64,000 bases of DNA from Lama glama (taxonomy: Eukaryota). The position numbers and the translations under genes were made by a program. The stretch covers positions 67,768,001-67,832,000 of the forward strand of contig CM052817.1 of the NCBI GenBank assembly GCA_028534125.1, written 5' to 3'. Below the pieces are notes generated by a model. The model was given only the letters and a program-made list of their open reading frames with translations, searched no databases and was not told the DNA's origin. This document shows positions 38,150-51,689 of the stretch, in pieces; the first letter of the stretch is position 1, and each line of letters starts with the position of its first letter.

Positions 38150-39232
38150 AGCCAGGTATCTTTGCTGGCCCCTCCAGGTTCGCTCTTCATCCCACTTTCT
38201 GCTATGGAAGGCTGGCCTGTCTCTAACCACATCGGCGGACCCCTGCATCCTCTAACTCCTGGTGAGTTTGTCCCAGTGCTCTCTAAGAAAAATGATACGA
38301 TAAATGATATGATATAAACATATTTTAAATTTAATAATTATTTAAACATTTGACTTTTTCTAGTAGCATGTTTTAAAAATTAAAAAGAAACAGGTAAAAT
38401 TACTATTAGCAATGTATCTTATTAAGCATTATCAATACCTTTGAAGTCCCCTACATGCCTTTCCTAGTCACTCCTCCCTCTCAGCCAGGAATCTCTAGTC
38501 TGAATTTTTGATTATTAATTCCCTTGCTTTTCTTTATAGTTTCACCACAAATGTAAGTGACTCTAAATAAAAAATACTTTAGTTTGGACTGTTTAAACTT
38601 CATGTAAGGAAACTCATACTACGTGTGTTTTTTTAAAAACTGCAATATCTTATGTTATTACTCATACATAACATCACATATATTGATAAATATATATTTA
38701 ATAATACATGTTCATATTTAATATGTTGATTATGTGTCTAAATATTATCCTTCCTATTTTCAATTAATGCAAAGTTAGTAATATATTTTCCACTCTCTTT
38801 TTGCACCATGTTTTCAAAATTTGGTGTATATTTTACTCTTACAACATTTTGAGTACTCAGTAGCCATCTGTGACTAGGTTACCATATTAAGCAGTGCAGT
38901 TTAGCTCATGGAAGACTTGCCTGGCAATGGACCATAGAGAGGCAAGAGTAAATTTGGGGTATTTCTTTCCTGATTCCTTCCCTGGGGGTCACCTCAGACT
39001 GGCTTTGTCCTTCACAGCTCCTCTCAAGCTGGCCTACTCCACACATTGCTTCTCTTCTGAGTTCTGGTAACCATTTCCTCACCTTGCCCCTCTAGGCCTA
39101 GGGATGATAGCAGTGTTCTCTTTTGTTTTCCATAAACCTTTTCCAAACAGCTGTAATATCTCTTTATTAAACACTTCTCAAGTTACCCTTATTTGAGTAT
39201 GCCCTCTATTTCCTGCTGGGACACTTTCTGAC
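38150..39232 (+). mobile_element. LTR33-like LTR split by a MER33-like MITE (38273-38900), which itself contains an old L1 fragment
   Basis: LTR33-like 'ccttgcccctctaggcctagggatgatagcag...tttcctgctgggac'; MER33-like 'ttttctagtagcatg...aaaagaaacaggtaaaatt...ctcagtagccatctgtgactag'. Confidence 0.6.
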
Positions 39233-39357
39233 TCAACTCTTATTAGAATTTTTCTGGAAGGTTTGAGGGCTATGTCCTTGAAAGTATTATTTCAGGAATG
39301 ATCAATTCTAAGTATGTACCTATCAAATGATAGGGTGATATACCTAAAAAGTACACT

Positions 39358-39886
39358 TGTTACCTCAAAGGGGGAAGGGAAAAGACCCCAGTTCTTGTCT
39401 TACCCAAAAGATAAGAATTCAGACAGGAGATGGAAGCATTGGGTAGCTAAAGATTTTAAAGGTTTTATTAGCAAAGTAAAAGCACACTTCCATGAGAGGA
39501 AGGCAGCCTGGTCTTTGCTTGTTCCTTCTGTCCTACACCCTGGCTTAGGGGCGGTCTCTTAATTGACAGCTCGTGCCCCTGGAGTGCTTAGTCATGCTTG
39601 TCCCCTTTTGCGCATGTCCTTACCCATGATGCACACAGATAAACCTATGGGGGAGGTGCCTAAACTGCAATACCAGTTACATTACAATGAGGATTGGGTC
39701 GTGTCCAGTTAGGTCCTTGTCACTGCCACACAGCTGCTGCTGTCCAGTCCTAACTGGTTCCTTGCTGCACTCATTTGAGGATGGAAAGCCCTTTTATGCT
39801 GGAGGCGGGCTTACTGCCATCTTCCAGACCATCCCCATCTTCTCCACCTTATCTGCTTGGTGCCCCACTTATCTAACTACCTAACA
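39358..39886 (-). mobile_element. Solo ERV1-type LTR
   Basis: TGTTA...TAACA termini, 4-bp TSD cact (39354-39357, 39887-39890), minus-strand AATAAA at 39464-39469. Confidence 0.9.
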
Positions 39887-42800
39887 CACTGATAAGCAGA
39901 AGAACGCGTTGGAATGTGATAGACTAAAATTGGCTTAATGTAATTAAAAGGTGGCTAATAGGCTTATACCTCCTGTATTCAATAACTGTTGCTCAGCAAA
40001 AAAAAACATTAGCTTCACAGATAATTCACTGGGTTTTATAAAGTTGAAACAATCTAGAAACTTTAAATGTCAGTATTTTCCCATGTTCCAGGACTTCTGT
40101 ACACAGTATTCTAGCAAGATTAAAAATTCTGGAAGTCCTGACAAGTCTTACGTTTTAGGGATCAAAATATTCTCTTTCAAAAAGAATGTGAGGAAAAATT
40201 GAAATTAAAAAAATGCTTATGTAAGACAGATATTGATTTTATTAGCTTTATATTATTGATTTCTAAGATTTATCTTGACTGACAAGGACTGTTGACCAGT
40301 TCCAAGAAGGAAATTGTACATAAATTTTACATAAATATCTTTGTAAAAGGTAAATAATATATAGATTGTAGAAAAAAATCCTTGGCACATGTTTTTAATA
40401 AGGAAACTCACTCTGTGCCCCTTTATGGAAGAAAAGAAATCTATCCAATTGAGTAGTGTAATCCCTCATGTAAGCTATTTGAGGACATTTTCTAAACACG
40501 TTTGGATTTATGGAAATGCATGTGTCTTTTATCACAAACTATGATTACACTTTCAAATATTTTTGAAACACAGAAAATTCAGTTATTTATTATTCTCTAG
40601 GGAAATCTGGACATAAAATATTTGCTTTTTAAAATGTTCTTCTTGGTCAAAGAGGCTGTTCATGGGACAGATGGGAAAATCTATGCTGAAATGAAGAGTA
40701 CTTGGGGTTCATAGATTGACCTTAACCTAACATGATGAGAACATTTTCTCCTCTAAAAAGTAAAGTGCTTGTTTTTTTTTCAGAGATCAATAAGGTAGTA
40801 ACCACATTATTGCAAAATGTATTTGAATGAGATTCCAGGAGGCATAGTAGAAACAAAAGCACTTACAAAATCAGTTCTCAGAGCTAAACTCCATTTGTCT
40901 CACTGATGCCTGCCAATGCCGTCCATGTTTTGAAACAGTTGGCAGGTGTCCCTAACACCATGACATTATGGGGGCAGCCAATTTTCTTGTGGCTAAACCT
41001 ACTCTTAGATATTGGTTAAAACAGAATGGGGAGTGAGGAGGTTACTCTTAAGCTGTGGGCTTCACTGGTGCATATGTGGATTCATCTGAAGAAACTCTGA
41101 TTTTAAGGACAATCACTTGCATAACCACAGGAGAGTTTACCCCAAACCTCGACCACTTAGACTTGGCCACAGAAGCCTGGTTTTGAAAAACAAACTGTCA
41201 AACAGTAAATGAGGCTTCATGCTTACCATCTTCTGCTTCTGCTCCAAAGGATACATTAGTTTAGAATGTTAACAGATTAAATTGTTGAATAAGTCTCAAA
41301 AAGAGCATTTTCTTTTCTAGGAATGTGTCCAGTGAATTACCCCAAAGATTCTCAAACTTCTTAATGTGAATATCTCTTAGCCAAACCTTAAGCAAAGTTT
41401 CACCTACAAAATGCAGTGACCTAGATTTTTAGGTCACTCTTCTTTAGTAAAATATATTGAGAATTACAGAAGAAAAAGAACATTGCTAATAAAGGAGGAA
41501 GTCTTGCAAATCAGAGGCATTGTGTAACAAACCAAAATATATGTGTAGGTTGGTATCCTGACAGTAAACTACTATAGTGGGAAGCCAAGGCAGGCATTAT
41601 GCCATCAGAACTTTCTAAATTTTTCTAATGATGATGAATCATGAGATTTCACAACTAGGAGGTAGTAATGTGGTGGTAACATTAAATGGGGAAAAAGTGC
41701 TACTTACTTTTAAAATAGAATTTAAAATCATACAAAAAGCCATTTTAAAAAGCTGACTCACTTTTCTCAAAATCCTCTTTCTTCAAAATCTTCAGTAAAG
41801 AACATATTACTGGCATTATGTGGCACAACTATTCCTCATAGTGGTGTGACACCCTGAGTGTCTTTGTGTAAACATCTAATTTAAAATTTTTGTTTTGCAA
41901 TAAAAAGTAGATCATAGTATTTTGCCCAAATTCAGATACATAATAGGTTGTCAAGAAATTTGATATCGATTGATAATACTTTGAAAATTTATATTTATAC
42001 CAAATAAGACTTCAGGTTCTAGAAATCTGTTTATACAGAGTAATTCTTGAGTCTCTTGGGGAGAAGGGTGTATACTCAGTACTAATGTTGATATCAGAGT
42101 GTAGAGCGCTTTCTTTCCTCTGGAATGAAAACACTTAGGAGAACATTTTAAGATGTTCATTAAAGGCAAACTGTTTAATCATTTGAAAAACTCACTAAAA
42201 AAAAATAATATGTGAAAAGGTTTGTCTCTTTATTTTTAAGTTGCGTAGATGTGAAGTCCAACTTGGTTCCTCCTTTGATGAGAGAGGCATTTAAAGCCAC
42301 TTGGCTGGAAGAGAGCGAAACTTCGCTCCTGCAGCTCAGCCCTCCTTGTGCCAGCTGCTTCCCACCATGAAATGAACATAGCTGCCTGGAAGGAAATTTT
42401 GCATTAAATCAAAATTTTCCTCTTGTTGTATTTCTCTTACATTCTGAGGAAGTGGAATAAGTCCTCAGCTGAAAAATAGGCCCTCTTTTCTTTACAACGA
42501 ACATATTAGAGGTAAAAAATATATAATTCAACAAAAATGAAGAGAAGAGTTTTAAAGTATAGCGTTTGGGGGCTTTTTCCCCCCATAGGTTGGCTCTTAT
42601 TTTCCATCAAGACATAGTTAGATAAAATTTTTTTCTTAAACCTCTTTTTAGACGTGAGGATTTGAAGTGAGATGGGGCCAAGTTTAGTATTGCCTTTAAT
42701 TTTTCTTATCTGTTTTCTTACCTCTTGCTGCTTCAGAAAGTTATAGAAAACACCCAAGAATCAAATACTAAAGCTGGTTATTCTATCCTTAAATTTATAT

Positions 42801-44474
42801 ATGTTTAATCTAAAGTTTAGAACTTCTGTTTCTTCCATACAGAACTAATTATTGCAGCAAAAAGTCTATCTCTTGCATTGTATCTTTCTGACATAAACTT
42901 CAGATTATCAGTCACTTCCTATAATTGAACCATTATTTATCATTTTAGCATATTTCAAGCTCATTTTTAGAGCATGAAGAACTAAATGTTTTAAGTTCAG
43001 TCTGTATCTTAGATTGAATTAAATTCAAACTAATTTTAAAGGAGTAAAAGTTTGTAAGATTATTACTTATAAACTGATTAACCAAATTAAATTTTTGTGT
43101 CCAAAAATATGTGAATTTAGAACTATCCTTGTTATTCTGTTATATATTCTTTTAAAGAAACTTCCCAGGAAATTTTTATGCATTCTAAAGTTTGACAACC
43201 ATTGCCACAAGGGGCATTCTGTATAATGAGAATAAAGGAAATTTTGAATTTTGTTTAGTTTTTGGTCACCTAATCTGCTACACACACACACACACACACG
43301 ACTAATTATTATTTGGAAATACTAATCCATTGTATTTGATGGATGTACATGCTAAACTGATGTGATAAAGAGCCACCAAAATACAATCTTTTAATAAAAC
43401 AGAGTTTATTCATTTCTCATGAGTGTTCCTGGGTAGGTAGTTGGCTCCAATACAGGTGGTCACTTGGGGATTCAGCTTAGTTCTACTTTGTTTCTCTCCC
43501 TCCTCTAGAATGTTGGCCTTGACTCCCTGGTCCATGATCAACTCTGGTTTTTACCATCATGATCGCAACCTAGCCCACCATAGGGAAAGGAGATGAAGCA
43601 GACAGCAATAAAATGTCATCTACAAGTTACAGATTTTACTTTTATTCACTAGCTAAAATCTAAAGAATTTTTTAAAATTTAGTTTAACTGGTATATCAGA
43701 AGACAGCCAGAACACTTCTAACTTTATTAGAAAGTTTCTAACAGTTATTCTTAGTCTTAATTAATATATGCACATGTGATATAATTAATATTAATAAATT
43801 ATTGTTAATCTTACTCTAGATAATTATAGCAATTGGTGGACCTATTCTATTTCATCTTTTCATAAAAAATGCTTACTATATTTCTATCTTGGAAAAGTCC
43901 TACCAACTATCCTTTCAAACCTTCAATTCACAGAGAATGAGCCAGAACTTTACTTAATTCATAGATGAAATGCTAACTGGCTTGGTGAATGTATAAAAGT
44001 ATACATAGATTTAATTCTATGCAAAATAATGGGAGATCAAATAGCAGACACTAAAGAAGAGTAAAAGTAACAATATGTAGACAATACTTACCGACCTTGT
44101 CTCCAGTGATGACCCCTAACCAGTTACATTTGGTTTTGCTACAAACTCTGGGTACAAATAAAGGTACAGTTAGCCTACTGATTCTTCCTATTTAGTACTT
44201 TTTGGGAATTAAATGGGAAATGTTTTAAAGGTGTTCCTTCAATCAAAACTTACCCCTCAAAAATATCAAATCTGATCACATTCCACTAGATTAAATCCAT
44301 TTCATGACTTCTCATTGCTCTTGTGTTAAAGACTCTCCGTTGGGAAGGAAATAAACCCAACATAGATTAGATTGCCCCCAGGAGAGTGGGAAGCTGGGGT
44401 GGGGGGTGAATCACATAGTGAAAAATGTCAAAGGTAGATTACCCTTAGGTTCAGCTAGACGAAGGAACTCAAAT

Positions 44475-45137
44475 TGTTACCGAACACAAGTTCCTGTGCC
44501 TGATGTACAGTGAGGCCAAACTGAAACATTAGCATTTGGAGCAGAGAAAGGTTTATTGCAGGGCCAAGCAAGGAGAACAGGTGGTTCATGCTCAGAAAAC
44601 CCCAAACTCCCTGATGATTTTCAGGGAGAAGTTTTTAAAGGCACAATTTGGGATGAGGGCTGCAGGGTGTGTGACTTTCTTCTCATTGGTTGGTGGTGAG
44701 GTAACAGGGCGGTGCTCCAGCAATCTTGTGCTCAGTCTGAAATTACCAGCCTCCATCTGGGTGGTGCCTTAGTTCCTGCAGAAGAACTCAAAGATATGGT
44801 TATATATATTCCTTGAGGAGGAATCAGGACCCTGCCCCAAGTCTGCACTATTGTTTCTCAACTGCTCCTCTTTTCTTTCTGCATTTTCCCGTTGCTGATT
44901 AGTAACTATTTGAATCTGCCCTTTGGAACCCAGGGAAGGTCAAGGAGGCTGACTGAAGCCTATTTCCTACAACAAGAAATGGGGAGGGGAGGGTATAGTT
45001 CAGTGCCTCAGTGGTAGAGTGCATGGGGTCCTAGGTTCAATTCTCAGTACCACCATTAAAAAAAAAAAATTTAAAAAAATGGCAGACACGACAAGTATTT
45101 GTACCTGGAGGGTCCTACAGCACCCTGCTCCATTTCA
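44475..45137 (-). mobile_element. Solo ERV1-type LTR with nested SINE
   Basis: TG...CA termini, 4-bp TSD aaat (44471-44474, 45138-45141), tttatt at 44551-44556. Confidence 0.9.
44983..45076 (+). mobile_element. Rearranged Vic-1-like SINE
   Basis: SINE head with duplicated tcagtg and a deleted anticodon arm; A tail; flanked by aaatgg on both sides. Confidence 0.85.
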
Positions 45138-46685
45138 AAATGAGTCAAATGCTCTCCTTTGGCCTATTTTAGCTGTATTGTCAGGTAAGCTCTATTGTCG
45201 TTTATGTTAGGTGCTAGAAACCACAGGCTTATGTTCTATATTTGCAACAATTCCAACAGAAAGAAAATGTCTCTTCCCCAGTCCCAAAACTGTCTCATTG
45301 CTTTTGATTTAACTGGCCTAGATATCAAACTGTGGTTCAGATACCCAGAACCAGTCACTACAGCCAGAGGTTTAAAATGTTTTGATTGGCCAGGTCTGCG
45401 TCCGCATTGACCTTCTGAAGCTGAAATTGAAGTCAGATTCACCTAGTCACATGTAATGAAAGTAGGGTAGGAGGAGTTCCCCTGGGAAAACCAGGGAGTA
45501 GACCTAGAAGAAATGGATTCTGGATAGGCCGAAACAGATGTTTATCACAGTTCACTGCCTGCCTGTGCAACAGCCACAAAATTCAAAATTGCCCAACCCT
45601 GCATTAAGCAGTAACATATATGGGATCAAAAACATATGTACCGGCACCATGCAGGTTTTACCCAGTTACTGAACGCAGGCTGAGTCCAGACTCTCTTGTT
45701 CACATGCATTCCTCACGGTTCAGAAACCTATTGTAAACTGATACATCTAAGCATCTCCAACAAACATAATATACATTTGTGATGAGGAAACAAAATGACT
45801 ACTATAAACCTTCTACTTGAAAAAGGGGAAATGGGAGGAGGGGTGACTTGCAATGTGCTTACGACTCACTGAACAGGAAGGAGTAGGGGATCCCTTATAT
45901 TGGCTTCAGAGTGAATTTCTTGGGGACCCTTTGGTCTGCTCTTGGGTGTGTCTTCTGGGATGATTTCCCCTGTAACTTGTCCTGTCTGATCAGAGCTGCG
46001 AAAGGCACTGGGGGGTGTTTACTTTCTCATTCTCACAGTCCATCAATGGTGTTGTTTCTGTTAGTGTGGATTTAGGATCCTGACTGAGTATTGCCTTGGG
46101 GGTTGAGCAATCACAGCCCTGAGTTTCTGGGTGTTTGAGTTTCTCTGGAAACACCAGTTCCTTAAAAGTTTAGTAAACCCTACAATCTATTTGTTTCCAG
46201 TAAATTCACTGAGTTAACAACAAAAGCCAGTCCTTGATTCTAGATCCCAAAGGTGTTGTTTCTAACAATTAGCCTTGATGTTCTGTCAACAGAAGTGGGT
46301 GGCTCCTGGTTTCAATCTTATCTTCTAATTTCATTCTACCCTACTCACTTTTGCTGGCACTAAATTTAGACTGCAAAGAGGACTTTACTTTTCAAACTCT
46401 GAACAGTTATACCATTTCTGGCTCCTGGCTGTTTGGGATTGCAGGATAAGGGCGAAAGGGCTGCTCTTGATGTTTTCACTGCTTTCAAATAAACCAGCTT
46501 TAACTGCAGCTTGTCCTCTTCTTAAAGGATGTCACTAAACCTCACAAAAAGGAACCAATACATTTCTGATTTTTTTTTTCCAAACATGTCTTCTAATCTC
46601 CACTCTCAGTCGGCCCATACTCAAGTCCTAAGATACCACAGATAGTAAGTTATTCAACTGTTGTTTAATTTCTCAGATAAAGAAA

Positions 46686-47343
46686 TGTAAGCAGATAGGG
46701 TAGGGGTGTCTCCAGAGAAAGAGAAGCAGGCAAGGCTTTCTTGACAGAAGAGAAGCCATTTTTTGGCCTAAGCCCTTTTGTGATCTAAGCCTGGACACAA
46801 TGCTTGCCCTTAAACAGGTCTCAGTAATACTGACATTAAAAGAACAAAAGGACATACTTCTTAGGAAAGAGAAGTAACAATAGCAAAGATAACAAACCAT
46901 TAGTAAAGAATTCCAGACCTATTTCAATGATAAATTCTAGCCTAAAGCACTGTCTTGAGCTGTTTTGCAGATTTAAAACCCCAGCCCCCAATCACAGCGG
47001 CCCTCCGGTACTCAACCACCAGATCACTTGGAACCTAAGGGATGAGGATGTTGACCTTTCCTGACCCTCATGACTTCAATCAACTAAAGTTTCTATTCTG
47101 TCGACCCCCACCCCAACCCCAGCTCCTTCATGAGTTTGCACATACCCTTAGCTTAAAATTTCCCAGATTTTGCTGGGGTTTTTTGTTGTTGTTGTTCAAT
47201 TGGGGGGGGGGCGCTTAGGGGAAAACCCTCTGTGGTCTCCTTGTTTGCTACATGTAAGAAATCCCTCCTTCTCCTGATCTTTGGTTTCGTTGTGTCTTTT
47301 GGCTCAACACCCACCAAAGGGTGAACCCAGTTTTCCAGTAACA
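46686..47343 (+). mobile_element. Solo ERV1-type LTR
   Basis: TGTAA...TAACA termini; flanks gaaa/gaag; homologous in reverse to 47790-48952. Confidence 0.82.
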
Positions 47344-47789
47344 GAAGGAGGGGTCCTTATTGTCTCTTTCCTACCTGGACTTGGCTAATTCTGCATTCTA
47401 GCTGTCACTACAATTTGATTCTTGTACCCTTTAAAAAAATTATAAATCAAGACTCTTCCAGATATAAGTAACCAAACTATATCTCAAACAGTCTTGCTTG
47501 GTAAGAGGAATTTACTGATACACAAAAATGAAAAGTTACGGAGCATGTCTGTTCAGTGACGTCAACTAGACGGCATCTCTCAGCTCTACTTTCCTCTGTG
47601 TTGGCTGCGCTGTAGGAGAAACATTTCCTTTGAGAGAACTGAACTTTTCCTTCTGGTTGCAATAGCCAGTGATACCAGTAAAAGGCCCAGAGCTGGTTCT
47701 GACTGGCCATGGCTGGTTCAACATGTGCCCACCTTTGAAGCTGAAGGTAGACTGGCTCTCCCTGAGCCTCAGGGTTTGAAGATTGTTTC

Positions 47790-48952
47790 TGTTACCCAAA
47801 ATACTGGGTTTGCCTCTTGGTGGGTATCAAAAGACACAAATCAAGCCAAAGATGCAGAGAAGGAAGGATTTATTACCTGCAGCAAGGAGAACACAGGGGA
47901 TTTTCCCAAGGCAGTATCTCCCCAAACAACAAAATTGGGGAAGTTTTAAGCTAAGGGTATACGTATTTTCATGAAGGGGCTTGGTCGGTGGATGGAGTCC
48001 AAGTGAGACAGGAAGAAAGGGGGCAGGACACGGCCATTAAAGGAATGACACAGCAATTAACACCAAAATGATGAGAAAATCAACTCCCATTAGACCCTGG
48101 GGGACCAAGATGGCGGGAGAATCTACCTCCAGTGAGCCTTGAGCTTCATTATACACATTGTCAGGTAGTAGCTTGGTGAACGGCACACCCACAAGTGCCA
48201 GGGCAGCTCCAAGGCTACCCATCAAAGATCAAAGAGAAGGCAGTGGCCCAATCCTGGGAATCCTCCCCTCTTCTCAAAGCGGTTGGGATAACCCTCTCAC
48301 TTGTTAGCATATGAAAACTAGCAACACCGCATCTCTCAGTCAGTCTCTCTTGCCTTCCAGGACAGCCCACACCCTGCCTGTTACTTTTACTTTAAACTAA
48401 GCACCCAACCCTGCACCTCTTAGCCTTTTTCTTGCCTTCTGAGATGGCCTGCACTCTGTCTATGGAGTGCACATCTCTCTAAATAAATCCACTTTTACTC
48501 AACTGTGGATGCTCTTGAATTCTTTCCTGCATGAAGCCAAGGACTCTCACTTGTTGGGACACGCCCCAGGCACTCCACTGAGACCTGGGACACTGCCATC
48601 CTCTCGCACTCGCCATTTTTTCCCCCTGCATCACAAGCTTTAGCTGACTGACATCAGAGGGTCAGAGTCCCTTAGGTTCAGGTTGATCTGGTGGTTGAGT
48701 GCTTCAGGCTGATCTTTACCACTGAAACAGAACTGAGAGTCTTTACAGCTGATACGTTATCTTTGCTATTGTTACTTCTCTTGCCTGATAATACTCTGTT
48801 TCTGCAATTTTTTGTTCCCTTATGATCATTAATTACTGAGACGTGTTCAAGGGCAAGCACTGTGGCCAGGCTTAGATCACAAAATGGCTTCTTCTCTTCT
48901 CAAGAAAGCCATGCCTGGTTCTCTTTAGGAACAGCCACTCTATCTACTTACA
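47790..48952 (-). mobile_element. Solo ERV1-type LTR (same family as 46686-47343), split by a nested LTR
   Basis: TGTTA...TTACA termini; flanks tttc/gttc; 'ccaggcttagatcacaaaa' is the reverse complement of 'ttttgtgatctaagcctgg'. Confidence 0.82.
48004..48633 (+). mobile_element. Nested solo ERV1-type LTR of a different family
   Basis: TGA...TCA termini, perfect TSD caag (48000-48003, 48634-48637), AATAAA 48482-48487, YY1 site caagatggcgg 48106-48116. Confidence 0.9.
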
Positions 48953-49948
48953 GTTCCCCAAGGATAAAATATAGTGCCATTACCTGACAAAAGGGATGCT
49001 GGGAACCCTGAGGAGGTGAAATCGATTTTTAATGACAAAAACAGACTCAATGCTTACAAGACCTACCAGGCTCTGTAAGTCCTGGTCCTGGCCTATCTTA
49101 CCAGCCTCATAGATTGTATCCTCCTACTTAATCTTTGCCCCGCAGCCACACTGGCCTTATGCCACATCCCTTTGTGCTTTTGGCCCTTCCCAAGTGCAAT
49201 TCCTTCTGCCTGAAACAAGACTCCTCTCCTCATGCCTCATTTTATTGGTTCATTTCTACTTTTCAAAGTGAGCTCAATTATCACTTCCGCAAGGGAAGAT
49301 TAAGTTGACTTCTAAACTGAATTTTATCCTTCCTTTTATCTTCCCCTGCAGCCTCCAAACTTCCCCTTTGTAGTGCCTGTCATAATTGCAATTATGTATT
49401 TAGTTGTGTAATTACTTTTAGCTCTATGAGGCCAAAATATCTCTGTCTGAATTTTTAAAGTATTATTCAAGGAATGAATAAATAAAGTATGTGAACAAAT
49501 AGGCAAGCTGAAGGAACATGTGATGCTGTGGATAATCTTTTTTTTTTTTCTTTTCCCCCATTAATCTCTATATTTCTGGATCTAGTTTTTCTCCAACTCT
49601 CTCTCCCTTGTGCAGCAATACCAGTTTTTCCCTAGGTTGATTATTCACTGTTGTCTAAAAGAGGAGATATTTTAGTTGCATAAGAATACATGACTATGAG
49701 GGAAATTTGGGGCAAAAGTAATTTTCAATTAGATATTTCTGAAAGATACATTGTGTTACTTAGTGCAAAGTGTTCATACTGTAAATGAAATAGATAAACT
49801 TGGGTTCTAGTGCTAGTTGAGCCATTAAATAGCTCTTTGGTTGTAGAAATGTATTTCTTCTCTCTGAGCCTTTACTTAACTGTAAACTGAAAATAAATAT
49901 TTATCTTGCAGGATTCTTAAAAGTGTATAAAAATAATATGTACCCAGT

Positions 49949-50529
49949 TCATGGCAGCACTATTTACAATAGTCAAGACATGGAAGCAACCTAAATATCC
50001 ATCGACAGATGACTGGATAAAGAAGCTGTGGTATATTTATACAATGGAATACTACTCAGCCATAAAAAGAATAAAATCACGCCATTTGCAGCAACATGGA
50101 TGGACCTAGAGATCATCATTCTAAGGGAAGTAAGCCAGAAAGAGAAAGAAAAATACCATATGATATCACTTATATGTGGAATCTTTAAAAAATGATACAA
50201 ATGAACTTATTTACAAACTGGAAATAGACTCACACACATAGAAAACAAACTATGGTTACTAAAGGGGAAAGAAGTGGTGGGGAGGGATAAATTAGGAGTT
50301 TGGGACTAACATATACACACTACTGTTTTTGAAATAGGTAAACAACAGGGACGTACTATATAGCACAGGGGCCTATATTCAATATTTTGTAATAACCTAT
50401 GATGGGAAAAATCTGAAAAAGAATATATATATACATATATATGTATAACTGAATCATTTTTCTGTACACTTGAAACTAGTAAACACTGTAAATCAACTAT
50501 ACTTCAATAAAAATAAATACATAAATAAA
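49949..50529 (+). mobile_element. 5'-truncated L1 3' end
   Basis: 'gcagcactatttacaatagtcaagacatggaagcaacctaaat...' to A-rich tail; flanking repeat tacccagt at 49941-49948 and 50530-50537. Confidence 0.93.
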
Positions 50530-51067
50530 TACCCAGTAGGCAGCAAGTATTTGGTATGTATTCTTATGATTATTCTTAGATCACAGAGCTGTCAGTACAG
50601 TAAGAAGCATGGATTTGAAACCATAGCCATCACTGCACATCACCCAGATGGAGATTCTTTTGCTGTTGTAGGATCTCTTTAGTTTTTATTTATTACCTGT
50701 AGTGTTTTACAACACACTCTTGTGTTTTGAAGGAATCTCTGACTTACAGAAATTTGTATTATATTAGACACCACTTCAGCCTTGTCCAAACATCAGCATT
50801 TAATTCATAATGCATCTCACAGAGCCCATTCCTCTTTCTCTCTAAAGCAATGATGAAATTTGTGAAGAGAGGCTACAGAGCCCAGTCGGGAGGGAGAGAC
50901 GGAGGGAGGGCACAGTGATATCAACAGTTTTCGCCCGTGTCAGTAACTGCGGACTGTATCCTACCTGAAACATTTAAAAAATGGAAAGAAATCTTTACAC
51001 TAAACAAATTGGCCCCTCACCTTTACAAGGCATATCTTCTTCCTCAGTTTGTCAGCAGAGTACTCCT

Positions 51068-51643
51068 ATTTATTTATTATTTAAGTATAGTTGATTTACA
51101 GTGCTGTGTTAGTTTCTGGTGTACAGCATAGTGATAGATACATATATAATATATACACATATATATTCTTTTTCATTATGGTTTATTACAGGATGTTGAA
51201 AATAGTTCCCTATGCTATATAGTAGGTCCTTGTTATTTGTTTATTATGTTTTATTTTTAAGCCCCCTGCCCCCCCCCCACCTTTTTTAATGGAGGTACTG
51301 GGGATTGAATCCAGGACCTCATTCATGCTAGGCATGCACTCTACCTCTGCACTATACCTTCCCCCCAATTTTATATACAGTAGTGTGTATATGTTAATCC
51401 CAAACAACTAATTTATCCCTCCCTCTTCCCCTTTACACTTTGGCAACCATAGCTTGTTTTCTGTGTCTGTGAGTCTACTTCCAGTTTGAAAATAAGTTCA
51501 TTTGTATCATTTTTTTTAGATTCCACATATAATGATATCATATGATATGTGTCTTTGTCTGACTTACTTCACTTAGTATGATAATCTCTAGGTCCATCCA
51601 TGTTGTTGCAAATGGCATTGTTCCATTCTTTTTTATGGCTGAG
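51068..51643 (-). mobile_element. 5'-truncated L1 3' end with nested SINE
   Basis: Antisense L1 3'UTR ending 'ttttttatggctgag'. Confidence 0.9.
51282..51366 (-). mobile_element. tRNA-Ala-derived SINE (Vic-1-like, short form)
   Basis: 'atggaggtactggggattgaatccaggacctc...gcactctacc...ctataccttcccccc'. Confidence 0.9.
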
Positions 51644-51689
51644 GGGTAGAATACCCTTTTAAATGACCCAGTCTTTCAGGGACCTTGTT

